Part shown: piece after piece, positions 24,007 to 37,047 of the stretch
How positions within the stretch are numbered: position 1 is the first letter of the stretch
Layout: every line of letters begins with the position of its first letter
From: Mobula hypostoma
Lineage: Eukaryota
Reading direction: 5' to 3'
Assembly (NCBI RefSeq): GCF_963921235.1
Contig: NC_086098.1
Location: forward strand, 3,658,001-3,722,000
Length of the DNA: 64,000 nucleotides
Notes under the pieces: model-generated
The model's database searches: none
Told to the model about the DNA's origin: nothing
What the model saw: the letters and a program-made list of their open reading frames with translations, nothing else
Translations under genes and position numbers: made by a program

Positions 24007-25220
24007 TTGAACTTTGAACTACTACATCAATGCACCGTTGTAATGAATTAATCTGTACAGATGGTATGTCAGGCAAGCACCATATGCAATTTACTAATCC
24101 AGAAAAAATGCTTGAGAATCATAAAGACCTTGTCAGAGGCAGGTAGGTACCTCAATGTCCATAACACGTAGAGGCAGAATTAGGCCATCTGGCCGATCAA
24201 GTCTTCTCTGGCTCCGCCATTCAATTTTGGCTGATCCTTTTTTTTTTAACCTCTTCTTCAACCCCAGTTCCCAGCCTTTTCTCCATAACCTTTGATGCCG
24301 TGTCCAATCAAGAACCTATCAATCTCTGCCTTAAATACACCCAATGACCTGGCCTCCACAGCTGCATGTGGCAACAAATTCCACAAATTCACCACCCTCT
24401 GGTAAAGAAATTTCTCCACATCTCTGTTTTTAAATGGACACCCCAATATCCTGATGCTGTGCCCTTTTGGCCTAGACTCTCCCACCATGAGAAATAACCC
24501 TTCCACATCTACTCTGTCTAGGCCTTTCAACATTCCAATGGCTTCAAAGAGATCCCCCCTCATCCTTCTGAATTCCAGCGAGTACAGACCCAGAGCCATC
24601 AAACGTTCCTCGTATGATAACCCTTTCATTCGTGGGATCATCCTTGTGAACCTCCTCTGGACCCTCTCCAATGCCAGCACATCTTTTCTCAGATGAAGGG
24701 CCCAAAACTGTTCACAATACTCAAGGTGAGGCCTCACTAGTGCCTTATAAAGCCTCAGCCACACATCCTTGCTCTTGTATTCTAGATCTTTTGAAATGAA
24801 TGCTAACATGGCATTTACCTTCCTCACCTCCAACTCAACCTGCAAGTTAACCTTCAGAGTGTTCTGCACAAGGACTCCCAAGTCCCTCTTCATCTCAGAT
24901 TCCTGGATTTTCTCCCCATTTAGAAAATAGCCCACACATTTATATCAACTACCAAGTGCATGACCATGCATTTTCCAACATTGTATTTCACTTTGCCACT
25001 TTCTTACTCATTCTCCTAATCTGTCTAAGTCCTTCTGCATCCTACCTGTTTCCTCAACACTACCTGCCCCTCTGCTATTCTTTGTATCATCTGCAGACTT
25101 GGCAACAAAGCCATCTATTCCATCATCTAAATCATTTATATGCAGCATAAAAAGAAGTGGTCCCAACACCAACCCCTGCGGAACATCACTAGTCACTGGC
25201 AGCCAACCAGAAAAGGATCC

Positions 25221-25631
25221 TTTAAGATGTTGGACATTTGTAGGTCAGGTTAGGATGTTGTTGTTGAGTGGCTCACCGAGCTGGCTTGTTAGCTTGCAGA
25301 CGTTTCGTTAACCAGCTAGGCAATATCATCAGTGCAACTTCAAATGAAATGTTGGTGATCTACATTGTTCGTCTTTTACGTGTTCTGTGACCCAGACAAC
25401 AATTATCACCCAATTGGATTTAACAAACCAATCACAGATTATATAATTGGTTACCAATACAAATGGCACATATGCCCACACACACACACACACACACACG
25501 AACTAATAACAGGACACATAAAAGGCGAATAATATAGATCGCCAACATTTCACTCGAATTTGCACTGATGATGATGTAGCTGGGTAGCGAAACATCTGCA
25601 AGGTAACAAGTCAGCTCAGCAAGCTATTCAA
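25221..25631. mobile_element. Fold-back PLE-like insertion with a hammerhead core in each arm
   Basis: About 125-bp inverted arms (25260-25387, 25510-25635); flanking duplication CAACCAGAMAAGGATCC (25204-25220, 25632-25648). Confidence 0.75.
25294..25337 (-). ncRNA. Minimal hammerhead ribozyme, second family
   Basis: Minus strand UUGCA-CUGAUGA-UAUUGCCUAGCUGGUUAAC-GAAA-CG-UC-UGCAA; helix II imperfect. Confidence 0.65.
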
Positions 25632-26179
25632 CAACCAGACAAGGATCCCTTTATTCCCACTCGCTGCCTCCTACCAATCAGCCAATGCTCTAACTATGCC
25701 AGTAACTTCCTGTAATACCATGGGCTCTTAACTTGACAAGCAGCCTCATGTGTGGCATCTTGTCAAAGAACTTCTGAAAGTCCAAATATACAACATGCAC
25801 TGCATCCCCTCTATCTATCCTACTTGTAATCTCCTCAAAGAATTCCAATAGGTTTGTCAGTTAGGATTTTCCCTGAAGGAAACCATGTTGACTTTGTACT
25901 ATCTTGTCTTGTGTCACCAAGTACTCCATAACCTCATCCTTAACAATTGACTCTAACATCTTCCCCACGAGGTCAGGCTGACTAGTCTATAATTTCCTTT
26001 CTGCTGCCTTCCTCCTTTCTTAAATAGTGGAGTGATATTTGCAATGTCATTAGGGAAACGTGCCTCATAATTCTTGATGCAACGTCTGGGCCCCACTGTC
26101 TGTACGCAGTTAATTATTTCAAGAAAATTGAATTGAAGAAAATGAAATCATAAAGAAAAGTTCAAAATACAGTTACCAA

Positions 26180-26700
26180 AATACAGTCCACTCTCCTCTC
26201 CTAACAAATTCCTTCATCTTCAGTCCTTTACCTATCACCTCTCTGCTTCTCACTTTCCCCCTTTCCTCACCCACCTGGTCTCACTTATAACCTCCCAACT
26301 CTCACTTTGCCCCTCTCCCCCACCCACCAACCTTCCCCCTCACCTGGGAAGGTTGTGATAGATCTCATCTATCATCTGTCAGCTTCTCACTTCATCCCTC
26401 TCCCCCACCCACCCACCTTCCCCCTCACCTGGTTTCATCTATCACCCATCAGCTTCTCATTTCATCCCTCTCTCCCACCCACCCACCTTCCCCCTCACCT
26501 GGTCTCACCTATCACCTGTCAGCTTGTACTCCTTCCATTCCGCCCCTCACCTTCTTATTCTGGCTTCTGCCCCCTTCCTTTCCAATCCTGATGAAGGGTC
26601 TCAGCCCAAAACCTCAAGTTTATTCCTCTCCACTGATGCTGCCTGACCTGTTGAGTTCCTCCAGCATTTTGTGTGCTATTCTTGATTTCCAGCATCTCTA
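26180..26700 (+). mobile_element. PLE pLTR with internal pyrimidine-rich reiterations
   Basis: CCTTCCCCCTCACCTGG three times; CTGATGAAGGGTCTCAGCCC; GAGTTCCTCCAGCATTTTGTG. Confidence 0.75.
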
Positions 26701-27064
26701 GTCTTTAATACGCTATTGCAGTATTTAAAATAAAGTTTACATGTAGGCATTAAAATATTGTCATTGTGAAATTTAAAATTAATGCTGAATTCACAGCCCG
26801 AAGGAAAATAAATATGGTATATAACTTCCACCCCGTCAAACCTAGTCTGTGGCCCAAGGCTAATTACATCCGTTCAGGCTGCAGACCCCAGCATGTCTTT
26901 GCATCCAGACATGTTTCTTGCCAGTTCATTGCTGCAGACTGGCTGCTGTGATGAACTGGTTTCGAGGCTGCTGACTCGCTTTCGTGAACTTTAGTTCTGA
27001 ATGTCATTTGTTTACTTTTTATTGTTTAAATAATTTGTTTTTTTTTACCCCTACCCGTTATTGT

Positions 27065-27585
27065 GTGCAATTTTGGTCACCTACCTGTAGGAAAGATGTA
27101 AATAAGATTGAAAGAGAAAACTTACAAGGATGTTGCCAGGTCTGAAGGACCTGAGGTAGATGGAATGATGAACGGGTTAGGGCTTCATTCCTTGGAATGT
27201 GGAAGAGTGAGAGGAGTTTTGATAGAGGTACTGTATACTAAATCTTGGTGGGTATAGATAGGGTAAATGCAAGCAAATGTTTACCATTGAGGTTGGGTGG
27301 AACTACCACCAGAGCTCATGGGTTAAGGGTGAAGGGTGAAAAGTATAAGGGGAACATGAGGGGAAACTTCTTCACTCATATGGTAGTGAGAGTGTGGAGT
27401 GAGCTGCCAGCACAAGTGGTGAATGCAAGCTCGACACATGGATGGTAGGAGTATGGAGGGCAATGGTCCCAGCGCATGTCAATGGAAGAAGGCAGTTTAA
27501 ATGGTCTCGGCATGGACTAGATGATTTGAAGGGCCTATTTCAGTGCTGCACTTTTCCATGACTTTATGACTCTATGACTCTGTGA
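27065..27585 (+). mobile_element. Degraded CR1 3' fragment
   Basis: GIDRVNAS..GNFFTHMVVRVWSELP; (CTATGACT)n tail. Confidence 0.8.
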
Positions 27586-28027
27586 CTTTATTGAGTGTTT
27601 GATGGTCTTTTTAAATGGATTCAATTGTGTTTCTTTGGTTTTGTGGCTGTCTGCAAGAAGACAAATTTCAAGGTTGTATATAGAATACCGGACTTACTTC
27701 AATAATAAATGTACTTTGAATTTTGAACTTTTTCTGTTCATTTGGATTAAGAATTGCCAAAGATCAGAAAATTATAGTTCCTGTGAAACCTGACCCATGC
27801 TACATGCTCATTGAAGTTCTGACTGTCTGACTTTCTTTAATAATGATCACCCTTTTACTCATGAGAAAATCCAATCTGACTTTCCAGCTCTCCTCTGGAG
27901 TCTTTAAGTGAGTGTGAAGTAGAGACGGGTACTAACACTCTTACGTGCTTTAAAGGCTCTACAGGGCCTTTTCAGGACCAGGGGAGTTCCATTTCTGAAT
28001 TGGAATTAGAATTGGTTTACTTTTGCT

Positions 28028-28498
28028 TGTTGCGAAGAACGAGTGAACCCCAATGCAGGACACTGGCACGGAGATAGAGTTAGGATGCAGACGAGGGTGG
28101 GAGCGTGGCTGGAGCTGAACGGCAAACAGGAGTGTGAACGGAAAGGCAGGAGACAAGCAAAACTTATCTTGACACGGGGCTTTGCTGGAACGGAAGGGCA
28201 AGCAGGAGGATGAACAGAAAGGCAGGCAGCAGGCAATACTTACCTGAACACAGAGAGACAGAATCACACAGGCAAACCTCAGTACTGAAGTAAAACTTAG
28301 AATATGCAATCCTAAGCGGCCGGGAACGTGAATTACCACACTGGCTGAAGCAATGGTCTGGCGATGAGTGGATGCAAAGCCGGGGTATTCATGCTGCAGG
28401 TTTAGATGAGAATCAGCTGCCACAATCAAGGAGCCCAGGAGAACACGGGGAAGAGGGAATTAGGAGAATATGAGGAATCAACGGTTGGGACCATGATA
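28028..28498 (-). repeat. 3' LTR of the Gypsy element
   Basis: TATCATGG..GCAACA on minus; direct repeat of 33069-33522; preceded by the polypurine tract. Confidence 0.9.
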
Positions 28499-28519
28499 GT
28501 AACCTCCCCTCAATGGGAT

Positions 28520-31500
28520 CCTCCAGGCAAACCACCAGGCTTGTCTGGATTGTCGCGATGGAAATCTCGGATGAGGGAAGGGTCCAGGATGAAGGAGCAG
28601 GGAATCCAGGTGCACTCCTCAGGACCGTATCCCTCTCAGTTGACCAGGAACTGGAAACCACTGCCTCGGCAGCTCACATCCAGTATTCGCCGGATGGTGT
28701 ATGCTGGGTGATTGTCCATGACCCGGGTGGGTGGAGGAGGTTCAGCAGGAGGGCACAAAGGGCTGACAGATACAGGTTTCAGTTGAGAGATGTGGAACGT
28801 GGGATGAATATGCATGGATCTGGGTAGCTTGAGTTTGACCGCTGAGGGGTTGATGATGCTCTCGATCTCGAATGGTCCAATGTAATGAGGGGTGAGTTTC
28901 TTGGGTTCGTTCTTGAGGGGGATGTCTTTCAAAGAGAGCCAAACCCACTGGCCAGGCTGATAGTTGGGTGCTGGAATCCGGTGGTGATCAGCGATACTCC
29001 GGTTGTGGTCGGCTGAGCGGAGCAGGGCCGCGCGTGCATCCTTCCAGACCTTGCGGCACCGGCGGAGATGGGCCTGAACAGAAGGCACAGCAATGTTGTC
29101 TTCGTGGGCAGGAAACAGGGGGGGTGGATAGTCCAGGGGACATTCGAAAGGTGACATACCGGTGGCGGCACTGGTCAGGGAGTTGTGGGCGTACTCCACC
29201 CAAGGGAGATGTGTGCTCCAGGATGACGGTTTGCTGGCGGAAATGCAGCGCAGTGCTGCTTCCAAATCCTGATTTGCTCACTCTACCTCACGGTGGGCCC
29301 CCAGAAATGTCGCTTCAGAAGGGACAGAGTTTGATCGATTCTGGGATGGCAGGCGAACCGGGAAGTATACCCCCACTGGAAAACGTGAGACCAAATAGAT
29401 CAGGCATGAAGAGGCAACTGGGGGGGGGTCAGGTTGAGTCTGTTGGGCCTCTTTAACTACGGACTCGATCTCCCAGGTGAGGGCAGCCACAACACAGGAT
29501 GGTGGAAGGATGGTATCAGGGTTGGAAGGGCCCTCCTCCGAGACATACTGACGATAGAGAGCATCTGGCTTCACATTCTTGGAACCAGGATGGTAGGTGA
29601 GGGTGAAATTGAAGCCGCCAAAAAGGTGCCGAACAGGCTTGGTGGGAGTTAAGGCATTTAGCTGTCTGACAATAGACAATAGACAATAGGTGCAGGGGTA
29701 GGCCATTCGGCCCTTCGAGCCAGCACCGCCATTCACTGTGAACATGGCTGATCATCCACAATCAGTAACCAGTTCCTGCCTTATCCCCGTAACCTTTGAT
29801 TCCACTATCTTTAAGAGCTCTATCTAACTCTTTCTTGAAAGCATCCAGAGACTTGGCCTCCACAGCCTTCTGGGGCAGAGCATTCCATATATCCACCACT
29901 CTCTGGGTGAAAAACTTTTTCCTCAACTCCGTTCAAAATGGCCTACCCCTAATTCTTAAACTGAGGCCTCTGGTTCTGAACTCACCCATCAGCGGGAACA
30001 CGCTTTCTGCTTCCAGCGTGTCCAATCCCTTAATAATCTTATATGTTTCAATAAGATCCCCTCTCAGCCTTCTAAATTCCAGAGTATACAAGCCCAGTCG
30101 CTCCAATCTTTCGACATATGACAGTCCCGCCATCCCGGAAATTAACCTTGTGAACCTACGCTGCACTCCCTCAATAGCAAGAATGTCCTTCCTCAAATTT
30201 GGAGACCAAAACTGCACACAGTACTCCAGGTGTGGTCTCACCAGGGCCCTGTACAGCTGCAGAAGGACCTCTTTGCTCTTATACTCAATTCCCCTTGTTA
30301 TGAATATATATGTCTGGATATATGCCAGGTTCTTATGGTCTGTCCAGGTGAGAAATGGGTGTTCAGCTCCCTTCAGCCAGTGCCTCCACTCCTCCAAGGC
30401 GAGTTTGACAGTCAGTAACTCTCGGTTCCGAACGTCGTAGTCGCGTTCAGTGGGGGATAGACAGCGAGAGAAGGCACAGAGATGGAGCTTTTGGTTTGGA
30501 CCGGAGCGTTGGGAGAGGGCCGCTCCCACCCCAGAGTCAGAGGCGTCGACTTTCACAATGAATTGGCGAGAGGGGTCATGTTGGACCAGGATGGGAGTGG
30601 AGGTGAAACGCCTCTTCAGCTCCGAGAAGGCTGAGTCCACTTCGGGGGTCCAGTGGAAGGGGGTTGCAGGAGAGGTGATCTGGGTAAGGGGTGCTGCCAC
30701 CCGGCTGTAGTCCCTGATGAAGCAACAGTAGAAGTTTGCGAATCCCAGAAATCGCTGGAGTTTGAGCGCCGTGGGTTTTGGCCACTCCGCCACCACACGG
30801 ATCTTTTCCGGATCCGCCCTCACTCGCCCGCTCTCAATGATGTACCCCAGAAAACTGACAGAACGGGCATGGAACTCGCACTTCTCTGCCTTAATGACTA
30901 GTTTGTTCTCCCAAAGCCTCTGAAGAACCTGGTGGACATGGTGGGTGTGCTCCTGGAGGTTACAAGAGACGATTAGGATATCGTCCAGATAAACGAAAAC
31001 AAAACGGTTAATAAAGTCCCTAAGGACGTCATTTACCAGAGCCTGGAACACCGCGGGAGCGTTGGTCAGGCCAAAAGGCATCACCAGGTATTCAAAATGG
31101 CTGAGGGGGGTGTTAAAAGCTGTCTTCCATTCATCTCCCTCCCTTAGGTGTTTCGCAGGTCCAATTTAGAGGACATTGTGGCTCCATGAAGGGGCTCGAA
31201 TGCTGAGTTGATCAGGGGCAGGCTTATTCTTTATGGTAATGTTGTTCAGGCCACAGTAGTCGATGCATGGGCGTAGCCAGCCATCTTTCTTCCCCACAAA
31301 GAAGAAACCAGTACCTACAGAGGAAGATGAGGGTCGGATAATGCCAGCCGCGAGGGAGTCATTTACGTATGTCTCCATAGCTTCTCTTTCTGGTCGGGAC
31401 AGGTTGTACAGCCGACTGGTGGGTAGTGAGGCTCCGGGAAGAAGGACAATCACGCAATTGTAAGGGCGATGTGGAGGCGGAGAAAGGGCCCGTTGCTTAC

Positions 31501-31960
31501 TGAACACCTCTCCAAGATAGTGATATTTGACGGGAACCATGGACAAGTCGGGAGACTCAGAGACGGACGGGGTCGCAGTGACCTCCACTGGGAGAAGGGC
31601 TGATTGCAGGCCAGAGGAATGGCAGAACGAGCTCCAGCTGATTATCTTCCTGGTGGACCAGTCGACCTGGGGGTTATGATGGGAACTAAAGGGGCCTGAG
31701 GAGAGGAAATTAGATTTAATCGTACCTGTTCCCGATGGTTTCCGGAGAGAAGGAGAAGTAGGGGTTCCGTGCAGTGTGTGACTCAGGCCAGGAGGCTAAC
31801 GTCCAGTGCCCAGGTGTCCAGGGGGATACACAGAGGTTCACGAGGAATACCGGCTTGGAAGGCTAAGTTTTCGTCCGTGAAGTTTCCCTCTGCTCCGGAG
31901 TCCACTAGTGCTAGCGGAGGCAAGGACTGTTGGTTGTAACCCTAAGTGGCTTGAAGCTGC
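28520..31960 (-). pseudogene. Gypsy pol remnant (protease, RT, RNase H, integrase, chromodomain)
   Basis: ALVDSGAEGNF (about 31880-31910), [75 protein letters not shown]; frameshifts and deletions. Confidence 0.92.
29669..30310 (-). mobile_element. CR1 3' fragment inserted into Gypsy pol
   Basis: (CTATTGT)n tail, [17 protein letters not shown] duplicated at 29663-29668 and 30311-30316. Confidence 0.92.
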
Positions 31961-31997
31961 ATCCGGGGTCGGGAGACAGAAGGGGATGTTGTCTGGC

Positions 31998-33052
31998 TCA
32001 CCAGGGGCCCCCTGCTACTGGTGAGTCCTCCCTTTCTGGCCGAAGGGGGAAGGTGGCACGGAAGTGGCCGGACTGGCCGCAGTATAGACACTCCGCCGCT
32101 CTCAGTCTCCGGAGTCGCTCAGCGGAAGAAAGGCGGTTCCGTCCCAGCTTCATGGGTTCCTCTCCCGGGGCAGTGGAAACGACTAGGCTGGGAGCTACTC
32201 GGGGTGCAGGAGGAGGAGAGAGGCTTGTTCTGGCGGGAGGCGGTAATGAGTGCGGAGAAGTGGCCAAAGGTGGTGGACGACCAGTTCTCTCTCTATAGCT
32301 TTCACGGAGGCGATTGTCCAACCAGGTGGCGAGGGAGATCAGGGAATCCAGGCTGTCGGTGTCGTCTCTTGCCGCCAACTCGTCTTTCACTATGTCGCTG
32401 AGACCATCCTGAAATACCCCTCGGAGTGCCTCATCGTCCCACCCCGAGTCGGCCGCTAACGTCTGGAACTCCACAGAATATTCGGCAACACTGCGTGAGA
32501 CCTGACGGAGAGTGAGTCGATGCTTGGCGGTGTCTTTACCACGGACAGGGTGATCGAGGATTTTTCTCATCTCCACGATAAAACTAGCGAGAGAGGAGCA
32601 GATATCCGGTTGGTTGTCCCAAACTGCTGTGGCCCACGCTACTGCGATCCCCGCAGCAACTCCATGATATAAGCAATTTTAGACTTATCTGTGGAGTAAG
32701 TCGACGACTGCTGTTCAAACACCAGGGAGCACTGAAGGAGGAAACCTCGGCACTTCTCCAAATCTCCTGCGTAGTGCTCCGGCTCTGGTACATGAGGCTG
32801 TCTTGGCGGGGGTGTTGGTGACACGTAGGGGGTTGCCACTATAGGCTGTCTGGGCTGGCTAGGCTGGGTTCCAGGAGTGGGTTGAGTAAAATGAGTGGAT
32901 ACACGGTCCACCTGGTTACCCATCTGCGTGGCGTGAGCAGACAGGGAACGGAGGTTCTCCATGACCTCCCGGAGCAGTTGGTCGTGCTGTCTCAGTAGGG
33001 AGCCCTGGCTGGCGAGGGCTTGTTGAAGGGTGTTTGTGACCGCTGGGTCCAT
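31998..33052 (-). pseudogene. Gypsy gag remnant (PEG10/Sushi-type capsid plus zinc knuckle)
   Basis: MDPA.., [53 protein letters not shown]; one frameshift. Confidence 0.9.
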
Positions 33053-33068
33053 GGTGGCCAGATCGTTC

Positions 33069-33522
33069 TGAACCCAAACGCAGGAGACTGGCCACTGGCG
33101 CGGAGATAGAGTTCGGACGCAGACAAGGGCAGGAGCGTGGCTGGAGCTGAACGGCAAACAGGAGGATGAACAGAAAGGCAGGCGGCAGGCAAAACCTATC
33201 TCGACACGGAGCGTTGCTGGAGTTGAACAGCAAACAGTAGGAAAGGCAGATGGCAGGCAATACTTATCTTGACACGGAGAGACAGTGTCACACAGGCAAA
33301 CCTCGGTACTGAACTAAAACTTAGAATATACAATCCTAAGCGGCCGGGAACGTGAATTACTACACTGGCTGAAGCAATGGTCTGGCGATGAGTGGATGGA
33401 AAGCCGGGGTTTTTATGCTGCAGGTTTAGATGAGAATCAGCTGCCGCATTCAAGGAGCCCAGGAGAACACAGGGAAAAGGGAATTAGGAGAATATGAGGA
33501 ATTAATGGTCGGGTCCATGACA
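33069..33522 (-). repeat. 5' LTR of the Gypsy element
   Basis: TGTCATGG start on minus; followed by GAACGATCTGGCCA and the gag ATG. Confidence 0.9.
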
Positions 33523-33574
33523 AACCTTCTCTTGCATAGATCATACCATTACACAGCAGAACAAGGCAAAGCAA

Positions 33575-33845
33575 TGGTCATAGGTTAAGGGTGAAAGTTC
33601 TAATATTTAAGGGGAACATGAGGAGGAACATCTTCATTCAGAGGGTGGTGAAAGTGTGGAATGAGCTGCCAGCGGGAATGGTGGATGTGAGTTTGATTTC
33701 AGCATTGAAGGAAGGTTTGGATAAGTACCCAGATAGGAGGGGTATGGTGGGTTATGCTGGTCAATGGGACTTCGGCAGTTTAAATGGTTCGGCACAGACT
33801 AGAAGGGCCAAAGGGTCTGTTTCTGTGCTGTAGTGTTCTATGGCT
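33575..33845 (+). mobile_element. CR1 3' end
   Basis: FKGNMRRNIFIQRVVKVWNELP. Confidence 0.8.
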
Positions 33846-34397
33846 CTGTGACAGAATACAGAATAAAGTGTACCAGCCACAGACAAAGTGCAATGCAGGT
33901 AAATAATAAGGTGCAAGATCATAATGATTTGGACTGTGAGGTCAAGAGTCCATCTTATCTCACCAGGGAACTAGTTAATAATGTGAGGAAAACAGCAGTG
34001 GTGGGCAACACAAGATGACTGTTTCCCAAGTCACTCCATCTATCTTCAGAATCAGGATCAGATTCAATACCACTGGCATATGTTGTGAAGTTTGTTGTTT
34101 TGCAGCAGTACATTGCAATTGATAATAATGAAAAATATATGAATTATAATAAAAAGCAGTTAAATAAAAATAAATTAAATTAAATAAATAGTGTCAAAAA
34201 GAGAAGGAAAAATACTGAGGTAGTGTTCATGGGTTCATTGCCCATTCAATTATAAAATGTGCTATCTATATAAAAATATAAATAGACATATAGATAGATA
34301 GATAGATAACAAAGGGAGCAAAAATATTGAGGTGGTGCTCGTAGGTTCATGGCCGGTCACAAATCTGATGGCTGATCCTAAAACGCTGAGTGTGTGC

Positions 34398-35070
34398 TGT
34401 CATGTGAGACGCCAAGCAGAGCTACCGGACTGATGATGCTAATAGGAGAGATAACGGAAGACAATGGAGAAACATTCAAAATGCTAATGAGAAAGAAGAG
34501 AGTGATTAACGAGAAAGAAACACAATTCAGATATTGACAGACTGTTTGCTTTGAACCTGAACTGTTTGAAGTTTGATGGACAGGTGACACCCCAGCAGGA
34601 GGATAAAAAGAGCAGGTTTGCTAAGGTACGACACGCCACGAGACCCTGGAAAGAGCAGTGTGTCCCCACAAGTTGGTGGGAGTTTGGAGGATCGGTTCAT
34701 GGGAAATCGGTCAGAGGCTCACAGGGTGCAAAGGTACGATCGGTGGGAACCTGGGGTGTGTGTCCACCCTTGCCTGGGTGCTGGGTTCACCGTGGAAGAA
34801 CGATCGTATCCGGAACGGAAGGGTCACAGTCGGTGACCACAGTGGGATAGAAGACATCAAAGGGTCTGCCTGAAACCAACTGCATCTCTCTCTCTCTCCC
34901 CAACGGTACAACAACAGCGAATACATCGAACTACACTAAACGGAACTGAACTCTGCTTCACTTAAGACTGATCATTTTACCCCTAGGCTGTGATAGAGCT
35001 TGGCTGATTCCTATTACCCTATTTCTGTGTATATGTGTGTATTATCATAGCTAACCCATTATATTCATAT
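34398..35070 (+). mobile_element. Probable LTR fragment, truncated by CR1
   Basis: TGTCA start interrupting a Rex tail, GATAAAA TATA-like box, CpG-rich body, no coding motif. Confidence 0.4.
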
Positions 35071-36384
35071 CATAGAAACATAGAAACATAGAAAATAGGT
35101 GCAGGAGTAGGCCATTCGGCCCTTCGAGCCTGCACCGCCATTTATTATGATCATGGCTGATCATCCAACTCAGAAACCCGCCCCAGCCTTCCCTCCATAC
35201 CCCCTGACCCCTGTAGCCACAAGGGCCATATCTAACTCCCTCTTAAACATAGCCAATGAACTGGCCTCAACAGTTTGCTGTGGCAGAGAATTCCACAGAT
35301 TCACCACTCTCTGTGTGAAGAAGTTTTTCCTAATCTCGGTCCTAAAAGGCTTCCCCTCTATCCTCAAACTGTGACCCCTCGTTCTGGACTTCCCCAACAT
35401 CGGGAACAATCTTCCTGCATCTAGCCTGTCCAATCCCTTTAGGATCTTGTACGTTTCAATCAGATCCCCCCTCAATCTTCTAAATTCCAACGAGTACAAG
35501 CCCAGTTCATCCAGTCTTTCTTCATATGAAAGTCCTGCCATCCCAGGAATCAATCTGGTGAACCTTCTTTGTACTCCCTCTATGGCAAAGATGTCTTTCC
35601 TCAGATTAGGGGACCAAAACTGCACACAATACTCCAGGTGTGGTCTCACCAAGGCCTTGTACAACTGCAGTAGTACCTCCCTGCTCCTGTACTCGAATCC
35701 TCTCGCTATAAATGCCAGCATACCATTCGCCTTTTTCACCGCCTGCTGTACCTGCATGCCCACTTTCAATGACTGGTGTATAATGACACCCAGGTCTCAT
35801 TGCACCTCCCCTTTTCCTAATCGGCCACCATTCAGATAATAATCTGTTTTCCTATTTTTGCCACCAAAGTGGATAACTTCACATTTATCCACATTAAATT
35901 GCATCTGCCATGAGTTTGCCCACTCACCCAACCTATCCAAGTCACCCTGCATCCTCTTAGCATCCTCCTCACTGCTAACACTGCCACCCAGCTTCGTGTC
36001 ATCCGCAAACTTGGAGATGCTGCATTTAATTCCCTCATCCAAGTCATTAATATATATTGTAAACAACTGGGGTCCCAGCACTGAGCCTTTCGGTACCCCA
36101 CTGGTCACTGCCTGCCATTCTGAAAAGGTCCCGTTTATTCCCACTCTTTGCTTCCTGTCTGCTAACCAATTCTCCACCCACACCAATACCTTACCCCCAA
36201 TACCGTGTGCTTTAAGTTTGCACACTAATCTCCTGTGTGGGACCTTGTCAAAAGCCTTTTGAAAATCCAAATATACCACATCCATTGGTTCTCCCCTATC
36301 CACTCTACTAGTTACATCCTCAAAAAATTCTATGAGATTCGTCAGACATGATTTTCCTTTCACAAATCCATGCTGACTTTGTCC
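35071..36384 (-). mobile_element. Young CR1 RT/3' fragment
   Basis: ORFs 35797..36495 and 35170..35769 are in one frame separated by a single stop; [19 protein letters not shown]; (TTTCTATG)n tail. Confidence 0.95.
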
Positions 36385-36535
36385 ACTACTTAGAAGCTGT
36401 TTGGCAACAGTCTTCTGCCCCAAGTAAACAAAGGGAATCCTGAATATTTTCATAATTAGTTTTTGTTCTAATTGAGTTGTCCCAAAAAGCAGCAACCCCA
36501 GATAATCAATAGCCCAGTTAACCTGAATCTACTGT
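36385..36535 (-). mobile_element. Tigger-type DNA transposon end fragment
   Basis: Reverse-complement homolog of 13526-13690. Confidence 0.4.
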
Positions 36536-37047
36536 GTTAGTAAATTCACTGTAATTCTTACTTTTCTTCAAATCCCCCACATATTCTCCGTTCCCCCATG
36601 GGCACCAGCTAGAGTCCCAGGATCACATCTTTACTAATAACTCAAAAACCACACATCCCGCATTAAGAGGCATAAAGGGTATTACACTATGCTATTAGGA
36701 ATAAAACGCCAATAATTCACACTGATTAAATTAGATTTACATATGTAAATTAAGGTGATTTGAAAATCACTTTTCCCAAAAAAATTATTTTCATAATTCA
36801 TAAAATATAATTACTTTAGTTATAGACAAAACAAGGTATTAGTTCTCCTAATTAGATCTAATTTACATATGATAATTAGTTAATTAGAAAATTAGTGTTT
36901 ATTTACATTTTGAAAACCACAAATGATAGAAACGTGTAATCGTATGATTACGATGGTGGGTGAGGTAACGGAATGATCAATTAAACTAATTTGCATACAG
37001 AATGCTTTCTTTCTTGAGAATTTTGGAGAATTCCTCCTGTGACATTT

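Larger units (their letters stand above)
24159..26045 (-). mobile_element. CR1 LINE RT/3' fragment interrupted at 25221-25631
   Basis: ORF 24258..24935 ([18 protein letters not shown]) and 25008..25196 (PQGLVLGP, SADDTK). Confidence 0.92.
28028..33522 (-). mobile_element. Ty3/Gypsy LTR retrotransposon (Sushi-like chromovirus), decayed, two LTRs
   Basis: LTRs 33069-33522 and 28028-28498; PPT GAGGGGAGG at about 28504-28512; gag, protease, RT, RNase H, integrase and chromodomain remnants in order. Confidence 0.95.

Noticed and set aside
26307..26591. Pro/His-rich ORF
   Set aside because: Translation of a pyrimidine-rich PLE pLTR
29796..30440. Antisense ORFs over CR1 (also 24454, 35447, 35858, 49609)
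   Set aside because: Shadow frames of CR1 ORF2 recurring in every copy
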